Source: Eledone cirrhosa (taxonomy: Eukaryota). From it: a stretch of 64,000 nt of DNA. Below are positions 56,161 to 64,000 of the stretch, in pieces; within the stretch, counting starts at the first letter, position 1; the number at the start of each line of letters is the position of its first letter. The DNA is taken from assembly GCA_964016885.1 (NCBI GenBank), contig OZ024741.1, positions 344,410,001-344,474,000 of the forward strand. The letters run 5' to 3'. The position numbers were made by a program, and so were the translations under genes. A model generated the notes under the pieces. The model searched no databases. It was not told where the DNA came from and worked only from the letters and a program-made list of their open reading frames with translations.

Positions 56161-57599
56161 GCTCCCACACATAAGAGAAAGCTCCACGAGCTTATATTAT
56201 TAGGATTTTTTTTTATTATTGCATGTAGTTGGGAACAACAACGTTGTTGGATATTGAGTGCAAATCCATGGTTCACTGCAATTCCGAATATGCGACTGAC
56301 AGCCTGTATCTCTTGTGAAAACCTTTAGAGACTCAGTTCATTAGGGTCCCCAAACAATCAGCCGGGGTGGTCGCATGTGGCACGCAAACTACTTTTACCC
56401 ATGGCAAAACAATTTTCGTGACTAATATTTTCCTAAAACTTGGTAAATAGTCTCTGTGTTAACATTTATTATACAATGCAATTTACCTATTAAATACAGT
56501 GAAATAGAAAAAACGGATTCATCAAAACTGTAAACGGAAAAAAGAAAATTTACCAAAAGTAAATACCGAATTACGGAAAATTTGGAACGAAAAATGTGTC
56601 CCCTAAATTTTGTACATCATATGCGTATTCATTTTGATGGGGAAAAAATAGTAGTTATATTGCCGCTTTTTTTCTTATCTCATCATATATTTCACTAACT
56701 GTATGTAAATTTAAAGTATAAAAAAGATGCAGAAAAGAAAAAAGTATCTTACACTATTTACAAAGAAGAGAATAAAAAGTTCTTAGGAATGGAATGAAGT
56801 GGTTCATTAAGCTAGTGAGGCCATGGTAAAAAAGAAATATCGTCCTTTTCATGGTGGCCTGTAAAAGAAGCACTCCTGTAAAAGAAGCATTTTATCCAAA
56901 GTTGTTTTTTATATTACTTATAAATTTTGAAAAAATGTTTTTAATGTTACTAAAAACAGGTTTAGCATTATGACATGGTATGGTCCCGTAACTTCTGATG
57001 GAGTCGTAGGGTCGCCGTAATGCCATATGATGTTTCTAAGGCATTTTAAGCCTGGCGGAGCCTATCTCCTCTCCAGGTCTGAGTATAGCAGATTTCTTCC
57101 AGAGAAAGGTAGAAAGTGAGAGAACGGAAGTAAGAAGGAGATATAGAAGAAGAATCTACCTTAGTATTAAACTGGTACTTTCTTTATCGACCTCGAAAGG
57201 ATGAAAGGCAAAGTTGACCTCGGCGGGATTTGAACTCGGTGAGCAGAAAATCGAAATGGATACTGCAAAGCATTCTATCCGACATTCTAACGACTATACC
57301 AATTTTCAACCTTATTTAGCATTATAACAGGTGGAATCACGCTCCATCCCTCACTTTTGGCCCGATGTGCCTCTTCCCCTAAACGTAAAGGCATGTTTGA
57401 GTCATTGAGTTTCAGCTCCCTGTAGTACACATACATCTCACTTCAGAGGAGATGAACAAACACATCTTTTCTTTCTTATTATATTTTCCACTTTTAACAG
57501 TTGGAGATCGAAAGACTGCCCTGGCCTGATTCTATGTGACGTCAGATTTTCCTCGACGTCATAAGTCCACGTCTTTCAGACATTCTTGGGTTATACGCA

Positions 57600-59190
57600 A
57601 GATTGGCTGGCTGGCTGGTTGGTTGGTTGGTTGGTCGGCTGGTTGGCTGGAAGGTTGGTTGGTTGGACGACTGGTTGGTAGGCTGGCTGGTAGGCTGGTA
57701 GGTTGGTTGGCTGGTTGGTCGTCTGGCTGGTTGGTAGGCTGGTCGTCTGGTTGGTAGGTTTGTCGGCTGGTTGGTAGGCTGGTTGGAAGGTTGGCTGGCT
57801 AGCTGTTAGGTTGGCTGGCGGGTTGTTAGATTGGCTGGTGTTATATCACCACACCAATGCATCAACATAGCACTACACCACTATGCCACCACACCATTAT
57901 ACCATCATACTTCACCCCTATTCCACCACCACATCATACCCCTGTACTGCCACACTACACCACTACAGCACCACCACACCATTATACTACTACAGCACTA
58001 CGCCACACCACCTCACCACATCATTACACAACCATGCCACTACACTCCATCACACCACAACTCTACTATACACAACACGACTATGCCATCACATTAAACT
58101 ACACTACACCACCAGACCACACAACTAAACTACACTACACCACCATACTACTCTACACTACACCACCACATTACACTGCACCAGCGCGCTGCACTACACC
58201 AACACACCACCACTCCACTCAACTACACTACACCACCACACTACGCTACACTACATCACCACACTATACCACCACACTACGCTACACTACACCACCACAC
58301 TACGCTACACTACATCAACACACTACACCACCACACTACGATACACTACATCACACACTACATTTCACCACCACACTACACCACCACACTAACCTACAAT
58401 ACATCACCACACTACACCACCACACTTCGCTACACTACATCACCACACTACACTACACCACCACACTTACCTACAATACATCACCACACTACACCACCAC
58501 ACTTCGCTACACTACATCACCACACTACACTATACCACCACACTACACCACCACACTAACCTACAATACATCACCACACCACACTACACCACCACACTAA
58601 CCTACAATACATCACCACACTACACCACCACACTACACCACCACACTACACCACCACACTAACCTACAATACATCACCACACCACACTACACCACCACAC
58701 TAACCTACAATACATCACCACACTACACCACCACACTACACCACCACACTAACCTACAATACATCACCACACCACACTACACCACCACACTAACCTACAA
58801 TACATCACCACACTACACCACCACACTTCGCTACACTACATCACCACACCACACTACACCACCACACTAACCTACAATACATCACCACACTACACCACCA
58901 CACTTCGCTACACTACATCACCACACTACACTATACCACCACACTACACCACCACACTAACCTACAATACATCACCACACCACACTACACCACCACACTA
59001 ACCTACAATACATCACCACACTACACCACCACACTACACCACCACACTAACCTACAATACATCACCACACTATACCACCACACTACACCACCACACTAAC
59101 CTACAATACATCACCACACCACACTACACCACCACACTAACCTACAATACATCACCACACTACACCACCACACGACGATACACCACCACG
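57600..59190. repeat. (GGTT/GGCT)n microsatellite followed by a CAC/TAC-rich compound minisatellite
   Basis: Units ACTACACCACCAC and ACTAACCTACAATACATCACCAC repeat through 58200-59190. Confidence 0.9.
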
Positions 59191-59470
59191 CCACTCTAGC
59201 ATACAAACACCGTTCATGTAATGCTGTGAGGTATATCTGATAAACGGACTTGACGTTGGCGGGATTCATTTTGGAAGCCACGTCACTGTGAGAACAATGG
59301 AAATTATATATCTCCTTATCTCTGTATCAAGAACATTCTTTATCTTCTCATCTATCTATCTATCGATCTATTTTTTTTTCACACGCATATATATATATAT
59401 ATGTGTGTGTGTGTAAACATATCTACGTATATACACATTCACACACATACATACAAGCACGTATATATAC

Positions 59471-59515
<45 letters not shown>

Positions 59516-59516
59516 T

Positions 59517-59613
<97 letters not shown>

Positions 59614-59844
59614 TATGCAGTGACGGACTGGGTCTAAAAATATTTGTTGCCGGGATATGAAGGGGGGAGGCACCTACATTTAGAATGCTATCATTTAATT
59701 TTTATAATGAATAAATAACATTTTTGAAAAATACATAAATGGAAACAAAACAGTGCAATCAAAATTTGCGGGGAAATATCTTACCTTCTCCAATAAGAAA
59801 TATTATGTATTTTGCGAAATCCAGAGGCGTTTAATAATGACCAT

Positions 59845-60410
59845 ACGTCGACCCTAAATATTACTAATAGCTCTAGGAAAGCCATGAACGACACCACATC
59901 TTTTTAACTTTGATTTTGAAAGTAGGTTTATAATTATCAATTTTCAGTATGCTATTGTAGCTGTCTCGGTGGCCTAGTTGGAGGAATCGTAGACGGTGGT
60001 AATCCTGGCCTGAAGTTCGATCTTGGTCGGGAGTAGATTTCCCGTAAAACTTTTCAGTTTTTTTCTATTGGTTGTAAAATAAAAACTGAAAAAGGTTGCA
60101 TGTACTTCTTGACCAGGAATTAACCCAAGGCCAGCATCTCCACCGTCTGTAGTTCCTACCGCTTGGCCACAGAGACAACAACGAAAATCTTATGAAAATT
60201 CATACTTATAAACTTACTTTCAAAATGTTCAACACAAAGTGTTGTGGTGTCGTTCATGTCTTTCTTAATGTTATTGCTCCTATTTAAGGACAACTTCTAA
60301 ATCATTTGGGTGTTCCATAAACTACATCCTCGTTTTGTTTCACATCTATCTAGACTATATTTTAACCTGTAATTCATGTTTCATTTCTGTTGCACCTTAT
60401 TTCCACCCAC

Positions 60411-60487
<77 letters not shown>

Positions 60488-60573
60488 ATATTTGAATCTA
60501 GTCCGATTTGGGCTTACTTTATTCATATATATATATGTTTTTGCATATCAGATTCAAGCTTACAATGATTGGC

Positions 60574-60575
<2 letters not shown>
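59845..60575. mobile_element. Fold-back element with two convergent tRNA-like modules; second direct copy at about 61428-62137
   Basis: Arms at about 59847-60035 and 60105-60295 are diverged reverse complements. Each has A/B-box-like motifs (TGGCCTAGTTGG...GTTCGATCTT). Confidence 0.65.
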
Positions 60576-60636
<61 letters not shown>

Positions 60637-60750
60637 GATAACAAATTATTGTTATAGGTAGTCCACTTAGTTATTATTGTTATTATTGTTCTGATTTAAT
60701 GCCACTACTACATATAGAAGCCATGCCGGTGTATATCCTTCATTCTCGCA

Positions 60751-60858
60751 TGCTCTGATGAATAGACTGGTTATAACAAAGTATTGGTGATCGATTGACG
60801 CAAAAACAGGCGGGTAGCGATATCTAGACCTACCAGTTCAGAGAAACAATTGTCAGCA
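60751..60858 (+). ncRNA. Type I hammerhead with long stem II insert
   Basis: TGCT-CTGATGA-..ACTGGT...ACCAGT..-GAAAC-AATT-GTC-AGCA. The downstream flank is homologous to that of 39383-39493. Confidence 0.7.
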
Positions 60859-61065
60859 ATGGGAATAAAACCTTTATTGTATAACAAACCATGTCACTCT
60901 TCTTTCTTGATTTATATATATATATATATAGTTAGGGAAGCAGAAAATTGCTTTTTGTGATCCAGTTCGTGGTTAAGCAAGCCAGTTTCATGGATGGTTT
61001 CAACGTACGGTTAGGGGTAACTCCACAAGTTTGTAAGAATTCTGTTCAATCTTGGAGTATAAAGT

Positions 61066-61311
61066 ATAAAAGAGAAAACACAGGTAAGCATTAAGAGAAG
61101 GATTTTATTCAGGTATTTACGACCGTTTCATTGGTAAGTGCAACCTTATATTGCTATACTGCAAATAGCAGCCACTCAATTATAATTATTGTTCACAGTC
61201 CAAATTTTCAAAATAGCAGTATAGCAATATAAGGTTGCACTTACTAATGAAACGGTCGTAAATACCTGGATAAAATCCTTCTCTTAATGCTTACCTGTGT
61301 TTTCTCTTTTA
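61066..61311. repeat. Fold-back element with arms of about 95 bp carrying a hammerhead 3' half
   Basis: Arms 61066-61162 and 61217-61311 contain GAAAC-GGTC-GTA-AATAC but lack CTGANGA. Confidence 0.8.
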
Positions 61312-62362
61312 TATATATATATATATATATATTATTTGTTTGCTAAAGTAATTAAATTAAATTAATTCAACAGTTAAATACACATAGGAATAATAAGATT
61401 CTTACCAAAGGGCCAGAAGAATGAGAAGTAGACCCTAAATGTTACTAATAACTCTAGGAAAGCCATGAACCCATCTTTTTAAATTTGATTTGGAAAGTAG
61501 GTTTATAATTATCAATTTTCATTATACTTTTGTAGCTGTCTCGATGGCCTAATTGGAGGAATCATAGACGGTGGTGATCCTGGTCTGAAGTCCGATCCTG
61601 GTCGGGAGTAGGGTTCCCAGTAAACCTTTTTAATTTTTTTCTATTGGTTGTAAAATACAAACTGAAAAAGGTTATATGCACCTTTTCAGTTTTTTTTCTA
61701 TTGGTTGTAAAATAAAAACTGGAAAAGGTTACATGTACCTCTTGACCAGGTTCTCCACCGTCTCTAGTACCTACTGCTAGGCCACAGAGACAACTACGAA
61801 AATCTTATGAAAATTCATACTTATAAACCTACTTTCAAAATTTTCAAAACAAAATGATGTGGCGTCGTTCATGTCTTTCTTAATGTTATTGCTCCTAGTT
61901 AAGGTCGACTTCTAAATCATGTGGGTGTTCCATAAACTACATCCTCGTTTTGTTTCTCATCTATCTAGACTACATTTTAACCTGTAATCCATGTTTCATT
62001 TCTGGTCCACCTCATTTCTCCCCCACTTCTCTTTCTCTCTGTGATATTTGAATCTACTATGATTTGGGCTTACCTTATTCCTATATATATGTTTTTGCAT
62101 GTCAGTTAGATTGAAACTTACAATGATTGGCACTATATATATATTTGAACAAAGGAAAAGAATGACTTCATTTGTAATTCCAAACAATTTGATTTAATTT
62201 TGTAATATTATGATATTATGAGTTGGTAGATCTAGTAAGTTCTTTGTTAACTTCGGTGGGAAGATTTTTAAAGATTCCTGGTTAACTTTCCTGAAGAACT
62301 TTCTCGCTTTCGTCGGTGGCGATTGTCATACCTGATCTCAGTATGACAATCGCCACCGACGA

Positions 62363-62462
<100 letters not shown>

Positions 62463-63196
62463 CTGCCTGGGAAACATTTGTAATTAGGTTAAGCAATAAA
62501 TCTCATATGTAACACCTCTACTTTGTTCTTATTATATATATATATATACATATAAGAAAACAAGAAACAAAAAAACAAGAGGGTGCTTTAACATAAAGTC
62601 GCATTAGTATCAAGCTTAACAGAAAGAGTGAGTTACACAGTCAGCGTGTCGTCATTTGCCGTTCATCAGGAAAAACAGCGTTCAGAGTGCAGAATACAAA
62701 AGGAAAAAGGAAAATAAAATAAAGAATACTTTTTTTTTAAATAGAATTAGAAAGAAAATTAAAACGTGGGAGAGAGAAGTCACAGCGTGTTTAAGGGCAG
62801 TGCCTTTCATAGGTTATAGATACCATACACTGGTGGTTTTTTCCCTGTATTATTGATAACGCACTATATATCTCTCTCTGGTGTGTTACCTTCTCAACAT
62901 ATTATATTTTAAAGGGCTCAGGCTCTCTTCCCCTTTGAGCACATTATTTACAGGGAATAACGACGGCCTATGCCTCCGTTAATTTATCGTGATATTTCGC
63001 TCCTAATAACAGTCTTTCCTATCTCTGTTTGGTTGAGCACACTTCTCTGAGTGGCTTTGGGCTGCCCTTTCTAGCAGTTCGTCTCTCAGAGGCCACTGGT
63101 TCACTGCCCTTAAACACGCTGTAACTTCTCTCTCCCACGTGTAGCTGGACAGTCAATTGTAAAATTCTCTTAGTGTTGTCTGAAATGTATGGCCTT

Positions 63197-63277
63197 ACAC
63201 ACGCTGATGAACCGAGACTAGACCATTTCTTTCAACAAATTTTTTGGTGAAACATATCTTTGGATTTGTACGTGTGT
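63197..63277 (+). ncRNA. Type I hammerhead ribozyme, predicted cleavage after 63270
   Basis: ACACACG-CTGATGA-ACCGAGA..TTTTGGT-GAAAC-ATATC-TTTG-GATTT-GTA-CGTGTGT. All three stems pair and the core is canonical. Confidence 0.9.
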
Positions 63278-63737
63278 TATATAGTTATAAAGGTATTTAT
63301 TTACGCTTTAATTTATATTTTTAATTATCGTGTCTATAGTCTGCCTTTCATAGGTTATAGATTCCATACACTGGTGGTTTTTTCCCTGTATTATTGATAA
63401 CGCACTATATATCTCTCTCTGGTGTGTTACCTTCTCAACATATTATATTTTAAAGGGCTCAGGATCTCTTTCCCTTTGAGCACATTATTTACAGGGAATA
63501 TAGACGGCCTATGCCTCCGTTAATTTATCGTGATATTTCGCTCCTAATAACAGTCTTTCCTATCTCTGTTTGGTTGAGCACACTTCTCTGAGTGGCTTTG
63601 GGCTGCCCTTTCTAGCAGTTCGTCTCTCAGAGGCCACTGGTTCACTGCCCTTAAACACGCTGTAACTTCTCTCTCCCACGTGTAGCTGGACAGTCAATTG
63701 TAAAATTCTCTTAGTGTTGTCTGAAATGTATGGCCTT

Positions 63738-63818
63738 ACACACGCTGATGAACCGAGACTAGACCATTTCTTTCAACAAATTTTTTGGTGAAACATATCT
63801 TTGGATTTGTACGTGTGT
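63738..63818 (+). ncRNA. Type I hammerhead ribozyme, predicted cleavage after 63811
   Basis: Identical copy one 541-bp period downstream. Confidence 0.9.
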
Positions 63819-64000
63819 TATATAGTTATAAAGGTATTTATTTACGCTTTAATTTATATTTTTAATTATCGTGTCTATAGTCTGCCTTTCATAGGTTATA
63901 GATTCCATACACTGGTGGTTTTTTCCCTGTATTATTGATAACGCACTATATATCTCTCTCTGGTGTGTTACCTTCTCAACATATTATATTTTAAAGGGCT

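Larger units (their letters stand above)
62801..64000 (+). repeat. 541-bp tandem repeat (at least 2.2 units, runs off the window) with one hammerhead per unit
   Basis: TAGGTTATAG recurs at 62810, 63351 and 63892. Units are near-identical and no unit-internal ORF appears in the track. Confidence 0.95.

Noticed and set aside
57857-58600. 247-aa His/Thr/Tyr-rich ORF
   Set aside because: It is the translation of a CAC/TAC compound minisatellite.
62620-62680. Minus-strand hammerhead-like sequence upstream of the 541-bp array
   Set aside because: CTGATGA is present but GAAA is mutated to GACA and stem I does not pair; at best a dead remnant.

Overview
Eukaryotic, AT-rich, microsatellite-saturated window with no recognisable host protein-coding gene. 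The SINE families and the density of (TA)n/(CA)n/(TACA)n/(GATA)n/(GGT)n resemble an octopus (cephalopod) genome; this is an inference. The coding content is all decayed transposon sequence: a Helitron Rep-helicase fragment, a near full-length R4/Dong-clade RT-RLE retrotransposon, three L1/Tx1 pieces, RTE, CR1/L2 and CRE-clade fragments, and several Penelope-like element (PLE) remnants with GIY-YIG or RT motifs. hAT, piggyBac-like and Tc1/mariner MITEs and many tRNA-derived SINEs are also present. The most notable non-coding signal is about 15 manually folded type I hammerhead ribozyme motifs (CUGANGA...GAAA...NUH), some with core mutations. Most lie in short fold-back insertions within (TA)n tracts, several of which pivot inside hammerhead stem II. 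At the right edge is an ORF-less 541-bp tandem array with one intact hammerhead per unit, resembling a retrozyme or PLE pseudo-LTR array. All structures were folded by eye; no searches were run. Most long ORFs in the supplied track are simple-repeat artefacts.
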